Below the pieces are notes generated by a model. The model did no database searches. It was not told the DNA's origin and saw nothing but the letters and a program-made list of their open reading frames with translations. This document shows positions 51,633 to 61,799 of a DNA stretch of 64,000 nucleotides, one piece after another (the first letter of the stretch is position 1; each line of letters opens with the position of its first letter). The translations under genes and the position numbers were made by a program. Origin of the DNA: Candidatus Bathyarchaeota archaeon (lineage in GTDB: Archaea > Thermoproteota > Bathyarchaeia > 40CM-2-53-6 > CAVXDP01); contig CAVXDP010000008.1 of assembly GCA_963760485.1 (NCBI GenBank), positions 17,209 to 81,208 on the forward strand, in the 5' to 3' direction.

Positions 51633-52259
51633 TTGAGCAGCACCGATAGGCAATACAAGGTGACAGAAAGTGCTACCTCTTCTTCTATTAGACAGTATTC
51701 TCCGAAGGTGTACGAGGAGTACGCGTATGTGCTAGACATACTTCCCTATGGAAGACCAACGTCTGAAAGATCTAGGCATATGGCTGTTCCATCAATTCAA
51801 GTCGTTGGAGAGAGTTTTTTCACGCTCTTGGAAGCTCAACTAAAACCAGGCGCATCCGTGAATATTCGAGAGAGAATATACGTAGGACGGGACCGAAGAG
51901 AAAAAATTGATCGTGTAATAGGGCGCGTGGGAAAGGAAGAACTAACTGTTGGGGCTCAAGCAGAAATTCAATCCGTGATAGAGGAGATAGCCAGAAACCA
52001 AGAGAAACGGTTTGTTGACTTCTTCGACAAAGCTCAAGCTGTTACGCCGAGAATGCATGCTCTGGAGCTTCTTCCTGGAATTGGGAAGAAACTGATGTGG
52101 CAGATAATCAATCAGAGAGACAAGAAACTATTCGACAGTTTCGCTGACATAAGAGAAAGAACAGGTATCACTGACCCAGCCAAACTTATTGCAAAAAGGG
52201 TCATTGAAGAACTCGGTGGCGAATCAAAATATAGGCTCTTCACGAGGACGATCCAGTGA
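51633..52259 (+). CDS. DUF655-family protein (HhH-containing, RNA-binding)
   Basis: 208 aa with HhH LELLPGIGKKLMWQII; conserved archaeal neighbour of rpoF/ksgA. Confidence 0.6.
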   Translation: MSSTDRQYKVTESATSSSIRQYSPKVYEEYAYVLDILPYGRPTSERSRHMAVPSIQVVGESFFTLLEAQLKPGASVNIRERIYVGRDRREKIDRVIGRVGKEELTVGAQAEIQSVIEEIARNQEKRFVDFFDKAQAVTPRMHALELLPGIGKKLMWQIINQRDKKLFDSFADIRERTGITDPAKLIAKRVIEELGGESKYRLFTRTIQ

Positions 52260-53071
52260 CGTGCGATTTGCAGTCAGCCTTTCTTGGATTCAAACCTAAC
52301 AGACGATATGGCCAGCACTTCATGATTGACGACCACTTACTGAACAAACTAGTACGGTACATATCTCCGACAAAACATGACGCCATCCTTGAAGTCGGAT
52401 CTGGAAACGGTACCCTGACTTCACTACTGGCAGAACAGGCAGGAAAAGTAATCGCGATCGAAAAGGACCCCAGACTAGTGAAGTTACTGAAAGAAAGATT
52501 TGGCACGCAAAGTGCTATTGAAATAATAGAGGGCGACGTCCTGAAAGCAAAGCTTCCAATATTCAACAAGGTCGTTTCAAATCTTCCTTACTGTATATCA
52601 TCCAAGTTCATGCTTTTCCTTACCAAGAGAACGTTCGAACTGGCAGTCTTGACGTTACAAAAGGAATTTGCACAGAAACTCGTTGCAAGAAACAAAACCT
52701 CTGAATATGGAAGAATAGGAGTTCTAGTTCAACATAGGATGAATGTGAACATGCTTGACCTCGTCCCTAGACAAGCCTTCTATCCGAGGCCGAAAGTAAC
52801 CTCCGTGATAGTAGCCTTGAGTCCAAAACATGATCTCCATAGAGTAGTCGATGAAATACTCTTTGACGAATTGGTTCGGGGACTATTCACCCAAAGAAGG
52901 AAGAAAGTGGAGAGAGCTCTGGCTTATTACATACGGTCAAAGATTGGAATGCCAGATCAGAACCTCGTTAGAGAATCGAATCCGCCCAACTCAAGAGTAT
53001 ATGAGATGGCCGTAGAAGAATTTGAAGAACTCTCAAACAGAGTAAGCTTAAGTCTAAAAGAGAGATCCTAG
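52256..53071 (+). CDS. rsmA: 16S rRNA (adenine1518/1519-N6)-dimethyltransferase KsgA/RsmA
   Basis: GQHFMID start; SAM motif LEVGSGNGTLT; NLPY motif. Confidence 0.85.
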   Translation: MTCDLQSAFLGFKPNRRYGQHFMIDDHLLNKLVRYISPTKHDAILEVGSGNGTLTSLLAEQAGKVIAIEKDPRLVKLLKERFGTQSAIEIIEGDVLKAKLPIFNKVVSNLPYCISSKFMLFLTKRTFELAVLTLQKEFAQKLVARNKTSEYGRIGVLVQHRMNVNMLDLVPRQAFYPRPKVTSVIVALSPKHDLHRVVDEILFDELVRGLFTQRRKKVERALAYYIRSKIGMPDQNLVRESNPPNSRVYEMAVEEFEELSNRVSLSLKERS

Positions 53072-53092
53072 CACCGATCAGCATCAATTTCG

Positions 53093-53797
53093 GTGACAAG
53101 ATCTTTGGGCGTGAAAGTGGTTCTCGTCGAACCATTATATGAAACGAACGTAGGTCATATCGCACGGGTAATGAAAAACTTCGGCCTCGATGACCTATGC
53201 ATCATCAACCCTCGGATCGAGTTGGGAAGAGAATCAAGAATCTTCGCGGCCCATGCAAAAGACGTCCTAGATAACGTCAAGATCTCAAGGTCGCTTAGCA
53301 AGGCGATAGCAGATGCAGATATTACCATCGGTACTACAGCTCGACCCGGAAAATCAAGTAGAAACGTACTTAGGTCAACAATTGATCCAACGACTGTTGC
53401 CCGAAGGGCCATTTCAAACAAGGGGAAAGTGGCAATTGTTCTGGGAAGAGACACCACAGGCCTCTCAAACAAAGAGTTGAGCCTCTGTGATCTGACACTT
53501 ACAATCCCGACTAACCCAGAATACCCGACAATGAACGTATCACACGCTGCCGCTGTAATCTTCTATGAACTGTTCAAAGTCTGCCGCAAGAAGAGGAACT
53601 CAAAGGAAAGGATCCCCGACAAGAAAGTTATGAACAGGTTGATGGGATTCTTCAACGAACTGGCGGCACGTAGTGAGCTTCCGACTCATAGACGCAAGTT
53701 GGCCAACAGAGCATTTCGTAACATAATATCTCGTTCATTCATAACACAGCGTGAGACATCACTTCTGATGGGCGTATTTCGAAAGAACCTGAGATGA
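53093..53797 (+). CDS. SPOUT-class (SpoU/TrmH/TrmJ-like) RNA 2'-O-methyltransferase
   Basis: VVLVEPLYETNVGHIARVMKNFG ... IVLGRDTTGLS ... TIPTNPEYPTMNVSHAAAV. Confidence 0.7.
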   Translation: MTRSLGVKVVLVEPLYETNVGHIARVMKNFGLDDLCIINPRIELGRESRIFAAHAKDVLDNVKISRSLSKAIADADITIGTTARPGKSSRNVLRSTIDPTTVARRAISNKGKVAIVLGRDTTGLSNKELSLCDLTLTIPTNPEYPTMNVSHAAAVIFYELFKVCRKKRNSKERIPDKKVMNRLMGFFNELAARSELPTHRRKLANRAFRNIISRSFITQRETSLLMGVFRKNLR

Positions 53798-53836
53798 ATA
53801 GACGAGGACGACTGGGAATTAGAATGGTCAACTAAG

Positions 53837-53847
53837 TCTTTATATAA
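53837..53847 (+). promoter_or_regulatory. TATA box (TCTTTATATAA) upstream of L10e
   Basis: TTTATATA at 53839-53846, about 40 bp before the inferred GTG start. Confidence 0.45.
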
Positions 53848-53884
53848 CGACCCAAAGGCTCTATGGGCTGACAAAATCCTCAAG

Positions 53885-54425
53885 GTGGCTAGTCACGAAA
53901 GGTAGAAGTTACCGAATTCCCAACGGGCAACCTTACACTAGAATGAAGTATATCCACGGGGCACCAGTATGTAAGGTACAGAAGTTCACCATGGGCGATT
54001 CCAAAGCAACCTATCAGTACAAGGTTTCACTTATTGCAGAGAGCCGAGTTCAAGTTCGACATAATGCTCTCGAAGCAGCACGGGTATCAGCAAACAAAGT
54101 GATGTCTGACAAGCTTGGCGAGACAGGATACCTATTGAAAGTAGTAACATATCCACATGTAATCTTACGGGAGAACAGAATGATCGCCACCGCCGGAGCG
54201 GACAGGCTGCAGGAAGGTATGAGGCGGTCATTTGGTAAACCGAATGGAAGGGCAGCGATAATAGAATTAAACACATCGGTTCTCAACATATACGTAAATG
54301 AATCGGGATTGGAGCACGCCAAGGTAGCAATGAAGGTATCATCATCAAAGTTGCCCATGGCCTGTAGAGTTTCTGTTGAGAAGATTGAGTCACAAGTGGC
54401 TAGTGTTCCTGCTCAACCAGCATAG
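53885..54425 (+). CDS. rpl10e: 50S ribosomal protein L10e (uL16); N-terminus recovered only by removing one A from the A3 run at 53898-53900
   Basis: The ORF-track product starts MKYIHGAPVCKVQKFTMGD. In-frame upstream lies ...GRSYRIPNGQPYTRMKY (consensus ARCYRYxKNKPYxKSRF) with no in-frame start. GTG at 53885 in the -1 frame gives VASHE, then 1 bp out of frame. Confidence 0.7.
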
Positions 54426-54524
54426 TGTAACCGTACAAAGATAGTCAAAACCCTTTTATCCGTGGGTCAGGGATGACTGAACGATTTCACATAGTCTACA
54501 TTATCATGAGATTGGTGTTGATGG

Positions 54525-56922
54525 ATGCCAGCGAAAGATGAGAAATACGTTCTCTGGTTTGATGATCTTGGGAAGGATGAGGTTGCACTCGTAGGAGGCA
54601 AATCTTCAAGCCTCGGAGAAATGACGCAAAAAACCAACGTCGCAGTCCCGTATGGCTTTGCAACTACAGCCGCTGCATACAGGCACTTCATCAAACAGGC
54701 CAAACTAGATTCAAAGATTGCAGATGCTATGAAGGAACTAGTCGACCCGAACGATACCAGAACTCTACAGAAGGTTGGAAAGACGCTCAGGACACTGGTC
54801 CTTGAGTCGAAGATGCCGAAGGACCTTCACGACGAGATTGTAGCAGCCTATAAGCAACTTGCGAAGAAAAGTGGGGATCCAAGCCCATACGTGGCAATTC
54901 GTTCATCTGCAACGGCTGAAGATCTGCCGGATGCCAGTTTCGCTGGACAACAAGAGTCCTACCTGAACGTGTCAGGTGGAGATCAAGTTTCTGAAAGGGT
55001 TAAGGAATGCTACGCTAGCCTCTTCACGGACAGAGCGATATTTTACCGTGCTCAGAAAGGCTTCGATCATATGGCTATTGCTCTTTCAGGCAGCAGTTCA
55101 AATGATGGTATACTCGAAAGCAGCTGGAGTTATGTTTACGCTCAACGTCTCGAACGGAGACGAAAGCCAAATCCTGATAGAAGCGGCGTATGGACTCGGA
55201 GAATTTGTGGTGCAGGGAACCGTCACACCAGACGAATATTATGTGAATAAGAGCGATCTGAAAATTTCCAGCAAGAACGTTCCAGAAAAAACTCGTCAAC
55301 TTTCTAGAAAGTCCGATGGGGGCACGTATGAATCAGAGGTGCCGAGTGAACTTAGGATGAGACAGGTCATAACAGACGAGCAGATCAAGGAACTCGCGGG
55401 TTACGCTCTGGATATAGAGAAACATTACGGGCGCCATATGGATATAGAATGGGGATTGGACGATAGGAATAACAAGCTGTGGATACTGCAAGCTAGACCA
55501 GAAACCGTGTGGAGCTTCAAGAAAGGTCCGACGAAAGTTGAAGCTAAACCCTCCGTGCAGACTGAAAGAAAAGTCATAGTAAAGGGTTTACCCGCTTCGC
55601 CAGGAATGGCTGCAGGCAAAGCCCACGTTATAATGTCGGTTACCGACATTAACCAATTCCAGCAGGGAGAGCTCCTTGTCACCGAGATGACAGCTCCAGA
55701 CTGGGTTCCTGCCATGAGAAAGGCGAAGGCCATCGTAACCAATAGTGGTGGAACGACTTGCCACGCAGCCATAGTAAGTCGTGAACTTGGCATCCCCTGC
55801 ATAGTTGGAACAGCTAGCAAAGGTACACCGGGAACTAAAGCCATACAAAACCAATCAGAAATCACCGTTGATGCAGGGAACGGCGTAGTCTACGAAGGGA
55901 TACTGGAGGAAGCAGTGAAAGGACCTGAGGAACGTGGAATGGCTGTAGCTGTCGCAGCGGAATCATATCCAGTAACGGGAACAAAGATTCTCGTGAACCT
56001 CGGTGAACCTGAGATAGCTGAAAGGACCGCCAAACTACCATGTGATGGAGTTGGCCTAATGAGAGAAGAGTTCATTTGGGCATCAGACATCAACCAGCAT
56101 CCACTTCACCTAATTGAGATGGGCCAACCTCAGAAAGTTGTTGACAAACTGGCCGAAGGAATGAGGAAAGTCTGTGCCGCAATGAATCCAAGGCCAGTAG
56201 TCTTACGATTTAGTGACTTCAAATCCAGCGAGTATCGAGATCTAGAGGGTGGCGATAAGTATGAACCTGCTGAGCCATCCGCTCTTCTGGGATGGCGTGG
56301 AGCTTCAAGATACTACGATCCCAAATACACGGAAGCCTTCAAGCTTGAGGTAAAGGCTGTCATGAAAGTCCGCGAAGAGTACGGGCTGAAGAACCTATGG
56401 GTGATGTTACCCTTCGTTCGCACTCTCGAAGAAGTAAGAAAAGTCGTACAAATCATAGAAGGAGAGGGATTGAGAAGAGGCCCTGACTTCAAGATTTGGC
56501 TGATGGCAGAGATTCCAAGCAACGTAATACTGGCCGATCAATTCAACAAGTTCATTGACGGCTACAGTATAGGCTCAAACGATCTTACGATGCTCATTCT
56601 CGGCTGCGACAGGGATAATGCAACTGTGGGTCACATCTTTGACGAACGGGACCTAGCGGTGAAGAGGGCGATAAGACACCTCGTCGAGGTTGCTCATAGA
56701 GACGGCAAGACCGTATCCATTTGCGGCCAAGCACCGAGTGTATACGGGCCAGAATTTATCCGATTCTTGGTTGAGAGCGGAATCGATTCTATGTCAGTGA
56801 ACCCGGACGCCGTGGTGCAAGTTAGAAAATGGGTTGCAGGCATCGAGCAAAGACTGATACTGGAAAAGAGTTTGGGTCGAGGTGTACTGGAAGACTCACA
56901 GCTTGGATGGGACCCAAAGTAA
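54525..56922 (+). CDS. ppsA: phosphoenolpyruvate synthase (PpsA), interrupted by a 1-bp insertion at about 55089
   Basis: ORFs 54525..55250 and 54976..56922 together span 799 codons. Frame 0 ends ...DHMAIALSG and frame +1 continues (A)AVQMMVYSKAAGVMFTLNVSNGD...IEAAYGLGEFVV (consensus MAIALSVGVQKMVRSDKAGVMFT). The C-terminus has the PEP-utilising His domain and TIM-barrel. Confidence 0.85.
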
Positions 56923-57055
56923 TTCAATTGACGACTCGCTTGGTATAGGCGCGGCGACTAGACTGTCGCCGGTGTTGAAATCTGTGTTGATAATGGAAAT
57001 GGTAATCTGAGAGTTAGTCTACTCCATTTCGGCTCGTGTTAAGCTGTTCTCAACG

Positions 57056-58072
57056 ATGAGGCCAATGTTTGACTTACAGAAGAAAAGGGTTCTTGAATAC
57101 ATCGGCAAAGGAAAGTACCGTAGAGTATTGTTACAGTTTCCAGAAGGACTGAAGCCTCAAGGTTTCAAACTTGCCAGAGAAATTGAGAGAGAATCCGGTG
57201 CAGAAGTGATAGTCTCCGCAGACGCCTGTTATGGCGCATGTGACTTGGCTGTTGAAGCTCGAGACCAGTTGATGGCCGACACTCTAGTGCACTATGGCCA
57301 TTCACCCATGAACAACGGTGACGCTGTGAACATCCTCTTCGTAGAAGCGAGAGCAACTGAGAACATTGATGCCGCTGTGAAGAAAGCACTTGAATTACTC
57401 AGAGATGAAAACAGAATTGGACTCACAACTGTTGTGCAACACGTTGATCAGTTGGAGCATGCGGCAGGAATTGTACGAGATTCTGGTAAGGAACCCTTCA
57501 TAGGAAAGGCAAGTGGTCATGCAAAATATCCAGGGCAGATTCTTGGCTGTGACTATTCAACTGCAACATCAATAGAGGCACATGTTGACTCCTACATATT
57601 CATTGGTGGCGGCAACTTCCATGCAATAGGCATTGAGTTGGCCACTGGAAAGAGAACGATTGTGGCAGACCCATATCTTAACCAAGCACGAGATATGACG
57701 GAAACAACCAAACTCCTACTTAGGAAGAGATGGGCGGCGATAACGAAGTTTCAAGACTCTAAGAAAGTGGGAATAGTGATAGGACTGAAGATGGGACAGA
57801 AGAATATTGAGTCGGCTGAAACTGTCAAGAGTCTGCTTGAAATGATGGGAAAGGAATGTGTGCTTCTCTCAGCTATAGAGTGCACGCCTGAAAACCTAGA
57901 GTCATTCGTAGACATTAATGCTTTCGTAACTACGGCCTGTCCAAGACTAGCCATAGACGATCAGGAGAGGTTCACGAGACCGATACTGAATACTGAAGAG
58001 GTTCTCATTGCAGTCGGCAAAAAACGTTGGGAAGACTATGGAAGGTATGTTTCTGAGCAAAAAACAGCTTGA
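57056..58072 (+). CDS. dph2: diphthamide biosynthesis enzyme Dph2 (2-(3-amino-3-carboxypropyl)histidine synthase)
   Basis: 338 aa; three Cys-containing repeats of the Dph2 fold; conserved neighbourhood with csl4/rpoL. Confidence 0.65.
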   Translation: MRPMFDLQKKRVLEYIGKGKYRRVLLQFPEGLKPQGFKLAREIERESGAEVIVSADACYGACDLAVEARDQLMADTLVHYGHSPMNNGDAVNILFVEARATENIDAAVKKALELLRDENRIGLTTVVQHVDQLEHAAGIVRDSGKEPFIGKASGHAKYPGQILGCDYSTATSIEAHVDSYIFIGGGNFHAIGIELATGKRTIVADPYLNQARDMTETTKLLLRKRWAAITKFQDSKKVGIVIGLKMGQKNIESAETVKSLLEMMGKECVLLSAIECTPENLESFVDINAFVTTACPRLAIDDQERFTRPILNTEEVLIAVGKKRWEDYGRYVSEQKTA

Positions 58073-58679
58073 GATGGTTCTCGAACATATACCTGCTCAT
58101 CCTACTCCCAAGATACAACTTGAACAATATACAATCACATCTTCAGTAGCTTCGGAACTTCTTTTCCTAGCTGCGAGATTACACAATGACGTGAGTGACA
58201 GACGTGTGATAGATCTCGGTTGCGGAACAGGCAGACTAGCGATTGGGGCAGCCCTTCTGAACGCCAAAGAGGTTGTCGGGGTGGATCTTGATACCACGGC
58301 TGTGGACGTCGCCAGAAAGAGTTCTGAGAGAATGAGCGTCAAGGATAGAACTCAATGGGTAGTCTCTGATTTGAACGGAGTTAGCGGTAGATTTGATACA
58401 GTACTTCAAAATCCGCCATTCGGAGTAAGGAAGAAGGGCGCTGATCGAGTTTTCATGCAGAAAGCCTTGGATATAGCAGACGTAATCTATTCTTTACACA
58501 AGAGCGGTGCAAGAAACAGAGTATTTATTAAAAGCCTAGTTTCAAAGCATAAAGCTACTATCACAGATCTATACCAAATGACGTTTGTGATTCCTCACAT
58601 ATTCAGATTTCACTCTAAGAGGGAACATGTCGTCCTGGTGGATCTCTACAGGGTTGTGACAGATGCAGCCAAAAAATGA
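58008..58679 (+). CDS. SAM-dependent methyltransferase (NPPF/NPPY-motif, METTL5/HemK-like)
   Basis: DLGCGTGRLAIGA (motif I), VLQNPPFG (motif IV). Overlaps the dph2 end, so the true start is probably the ATG at 58038. Confidence 0.65.
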   Translation: MQSAKNVGKTMEGMFLSKKQLEMVLEHIPAHPTPKIQLEQYTITSSVASELLFLAARLHNDVSDRRVIDLGCGTGRLAIGAALLNAKEVVGVDLDTTAVDVARKSSERMSVKDRTQWVVSDLNGVSGRFDTVLQNPPFGVRKKGADRVFMQKALDIADVIYSLHKSGARNRVFIKSLVSKHKATITDLYQMTFVIPHIFRFHSKREHVVLVDLYRVVTDAAKK

Positions 58680-59235
58680 TGAAATGCAATTTGTGGTACC
58701 GGGTGAAAGACTCGGTGTAGTTGAAGAGTTCATGCCAGGACCAGGAACCTACGAACAGGACGGAACGATATACTCGGATGTAACTGGGTACACCACAAGA
58801 GACAAAATGAACAAGACAGTGTCCGTGAGACCTACGGTGAAGCGGCCTCTTACCCCCATGGAAGGAGACACTGTTGTTGGCACAGTTGTTACCGCCCATG
58901 GCAAGATGGCTACGTTGAACCTGATTAGAATAGGAGACAGAACTGTCTCAACTCCATTCACAGCTCTCCTTCACATATCGACTTCAAGCCCTAAATACGA
59001 ACCTGCAATGATGGAAGTCTGCAAGGCGGCGGATTTAGTTAGGGCCAGAATAGTAAACACGAAGAATAGGGTACCTCAGCTTACAACTATTGGAAGAGGA
59101 CTGGGGGTCATCAAGGCTTCATGTTCAATATGTGGCGACCCATTAGTTTTGAAAGATACGGTTCTTCAATGCCAGAAATGCATGAACATAGAACGAAGGA
59201 AACTGGCTGAAGACTACGGAAAAGACATTATGTGA
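58663..59235 (+). CDS. csl4: exosome complex RNA-binding protein Csl4
   Basis: S1 domain plus C-terminal Zn-ribbon CSICGDPLV...CQKC; 190 aa. Confidence 0.7.
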   Translation: MQPKNDEMQFVVPGERLGVVEEFMPGPGTYEQDGTIYSDVTGYTTRDKMNKTVSVRPTVKRPLTPMEGDTVVGTVVTAHGKMATLNLIRIGDRTVSTPFTALLHISTSSPKYEPAMMEVCKAADLVRARIVNTKNRVPQLTTIGRGLGVIKASCSICGDPLVLKDTVLQCQKCMNIERRKLAEDYGKDIM

Positions 59236-59248
59236 AAGGGGATTTCTT

Positions 59249-59536
59249 TTGGAGATCAAGACACTGAAGGATCTTAAGAACGAGCTAAAGATCGAGATTA
59301 GTGGCGAGGGGCATACTTTCTGCAATCTACTCCAACAGACTTTGCTTGAAGACGGCGATGTGGAAATAGCCGGTTACGATCAGCCTCATCCACTTTTTCT
59401 CACACCAATCATCTACATACGAATGAAAGGAGACAAATCCCCATCCAAGGCTTTGCAGAAAGCGCTCACAAAGATAAGAGAAAGGGCTATCGAGTTCTCT
59501 GAGGAATTTGCAAAGTCCAGAAAATCTGCAACCTAG
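59249..59536 (+). CDS. rpoL: DNA-directed RNA polymerase subunit L (Rpb11-like)
   Basis: 95 aa; EGHTFCNLL motif; conserved position after csl4. Confidence 0.75.
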   Translation: MEIKTLKDLKNELKIEISGEGHTFCNLLQQTLLEDGDVEIAGYDQPHPLFLTPIIYIRMKGDKSPSKALQKALTKIRERAIEFSEEFAKSRKSAT

Positions 59537-59578
59537 AATATCTAACCAATCTCCTCGTTAGTTCAAGATGATGCCTAG

Positions 59579-59963
59579 TTGTCGCAAGGCATCTCTTCGA
59601 GCAACCGCCAATTTAGGGAAATACTTCAAAATCCCAAACTTGCGAGACTAGGGGACGCTTACGTCAATTTTCTACTATCTCTGGCCCTGACACAATTCAC
59701 TGGAACACCTGCAGGAATCAAAGTCAGCGACAAGATACTCTTTGAAGCGGCAAAAGAAATCGGGAATAAGAACCCTTCTTCCAAGAAGAATGAAGCGCGG
59801 ACAAATCGCCAACGTTGTCGAGGCGATGATCGTTGATTCTTGGTTGAAAAAATCTCTCAGCCTAGAAGAAATGTTGCAAATCATGATGAACGATCTGGAC
59901 AACTTGCCGAACGCCATAACCCGGCTCCTTAAGGAAATCATTGAGAGAATGAACAACAGCTGA
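59579..59963 (+). CDS. RNase III-domain-like small protein, split by an apparent 1-bp indel near 59765
   Basis: ORF A ...KLARLGDAYVNFLLSLAL... (RNase III signature-like xLGDAxL). ORF B in the +1 frame ...IRTLLPRRMKRGQIANVVEAMIVDSW (like ...ANVFEALIGAIYLD). Confidence 0.45.
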
Positions 59964-59968
59964 AACTC

Positions 59969-60556
59969 ATGAAAAAAGAGGTCCGAATCCTAGCTATTTC
60001 TGACGGCATATCCAAGCGATCATTGATCAGGCAGAACAGGGCAATCGTGGGAGTCGTCCTTCGCGGAGGTCATTGGCTCGAAGGCATAATGAAGACAATA
60101 ATCGAGAGAAATGGATGTAACGTTACCTCTCAACTTGTGAGAATGATCAGATCATCATCACACTTTCAACAGACGCGCCTCATCATGACGGACGGTCTGG
60201 CACTTGCGGGAGTGAACATTGTTAACATTAGAGCTCTTCACGAAATGACTAACATCCCAATTATTGCGGTTTCAAGGGGAAGGAAAGAAATGGGAGATCT
60301 AAGCGAGAAAATGAAGGGATTAGACAGACACACTTCGAGAGTAAGGGCTCTGAAAGCAGCTGGCCAACCAACTTCGCTGGTGCTGGAACCCACTAGAAGA
60401 CGAATCTACGCCTACTACTCAGGCCTAAACTCTACTGATTTGAAGAGTATAATGAGGGGATTCTGTGCGGCTGAGACTCCAGAACCAATTAGGGTGGCCA
60501 GGATCATTTCGTCCGCCTTCAACAGGCATCTCGTTAAACGAGTCCAAAAAGATTAA
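59969..60556 (+). CDS. DUF99/UPF0215 family protein
   Basis: MKKEVRILAISDG N-terminus; about 190 aa, typical archaeal DUF99. Confidence 0.55.
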   Translation: MKKEVRILAISDGISKRSLIRQNRAIVGVVLRGGHWLEGIMKTIIERNGCNVTSQLVRMIRSSSHFQQTRLIMTDGLALAGVNIVNIRALHEMTNIPIIAVSRGRKEMGDLSEKMKGLDRHTSRVRALKAAGQPTSLVLEPTRRRIYAYYSGLNSTDLKSIMRGFCAAETPEPIRVARIISSAFNRHLVKRVQKD

Positions 60557-60597
60557 ATTTCGCCGACAGAGAAAGATCGAGGTCGATTTCTAGGTAG

Positions 60598-60930
60598 TTG
60601 AGACTTATGCAATTCTGCTCCAAGTGTGGCACAGCTTTAGTCCTCGTAAGGAAAGAACAGAAGGTAGTCTTGAACTGCGCCAAATGTGGCCATGTCTCAG
60701 GCAAACCCGAGAAAGCCATCTCGAAAATGGCGCCGGACAAGGAGAAAATAGTCGTTATTGGAAAAGAGGAGCAGAAGATAAGGACTCTGCCAAAGACGAA
60801 GGTGGAATGTCCGAAATGTGGGCATTTCGAGGCCTTCTACTGGCTTGTCCAGACCAGAGGAGCAGATGAATCTTCAACACAGTTCTTCAGATGTACTCGC
60901 TGCGGAACCACATGGAGAGAGACATCTTAA
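60598..60930 (+). CDS. tfs: transcription factor S (TFS; RpoM-like)
   Basis: N-terminal Zn-ribbon CSKCGTAL...CAKCG; C-terminal CPKCGH...RCTRCG with the acidic-tip region (ADESSTQFFRCTRCG). Confidence 0.85.
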   Translation: MRLMQFCSKCGTALVLVRKEQKVVLNCAKCGHVSGKPEKAISKMAPDKEKIVVIGKEEQKIRTLPKTKVECPKCGHFEAFYWLVQTRGADESSTQFFRCTRCGTTWRETS

Positions 60931-60990
60931 CTGGGTCGTGGATAGCACCTCAACCTCGCCGGGCCAAGCGCCAACCTTATAATAAGTCCA

Positions 60991-61788
60991 ATGGATATCC
61001 AACTAAACTCTACAGATCTAGGTGTACCTGATTTGTTTCAAGCTTCACTTCCCGACGCAAAACTTTGGAGGAATATTCTAAGCGCTATTTCAACACTCGT
61101 GGAAGAAGCTGATTTCAATGTTTCCCCCGAAGGGATTAAACTGAGATCTATGGATCCATCGCACGTAGCGATGGTTGATTTCGAATGGCCGAAATCGGCC
61201 TTCGAGAAGTTCAATTGCTCTCAACCGAACAAGGTAAGGGTTAACATAGGAAATATGTTGAAGCTCCTGAAAAGAGTCAAGAGTGAAGAAACACTTGAAA
61301 TATCATACGATGATGCAACGAAAAAAGTAGGTTTGCTACTCAAAGGCAAAATTACCAAGAGGTTCATACTCCCAACTTTGGAATCCATAGAGGAAGAAGT
61401 GCCAACACCTAAAGTAGTCTTCAACTCCAGAGTCAAAATGACGACGGAAAGTCTGCGAGATGTAATTGAGGACGCGCAGTCCATTAGTGACAATGTACGA
61501 CTTGAGACTACTCCAGACAAGTTATTGGTTAGCACAAGTACCGAGGTAAGCAGTGCAAACATGGAAATAGAAAAAGGAAGCGAGGCGATGCTTGAGATGG
61601 AAATCAAAGAACCATCCAAAGCGACTTTCAATCTGAACTATCTTGCAAACATTATAAGGGCAGGCGGCAGTGCCTCGGAAATCGTTACGATGGAATTCTC
61701 GACAAATATGCCGATAAAAGTTGAATTTGAGATGCCTCAGCAAGGGCGCCTCTTGTACTATCTTGCGCCTAGAATCGAAGCGGAATAA
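60991..61788 (+). CDS. pcn: DNA polymerase sliding clamp PCNA
   Basis: 265 aa; two-domain PCNA pattern, ...IKLRSMDPSHVAMVDF..., acidic C-terminus. Confidence 0.85.
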   Translation: MDIQLNSTDLGVPDLFQASLPDAKLWRNILSAISTLVEEADFNVSPEGIKLRSMDPSHVAMVDFEWPKSAFEKFNCSQPNKVRVNIGNMLKLLKRVKSEETLEISYDDATKKVGLLLKGKITKRFILPTLESIEEEVPTPKVVFNSRVKMTTESLRDVIEDAQSISDNVRLETTPDKLLVSTSTEVSSANMEIEKGSEAMLEMEIKEPSKATFNLNYLANIIRAGGSASEIVTMEFSTNMPIKVEFEMPQQGRLLYYLAPRIEAE

Positions 61789-61799
61789 GAGCAAAGAGA

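Noticed and set aside
56960-56985. Hairpin GGCGAC-TAGACT-GTCGCC after ppsA as a terminator
   Set aside because: Short 6-bp stem, no following T-tract. Too weak to call.
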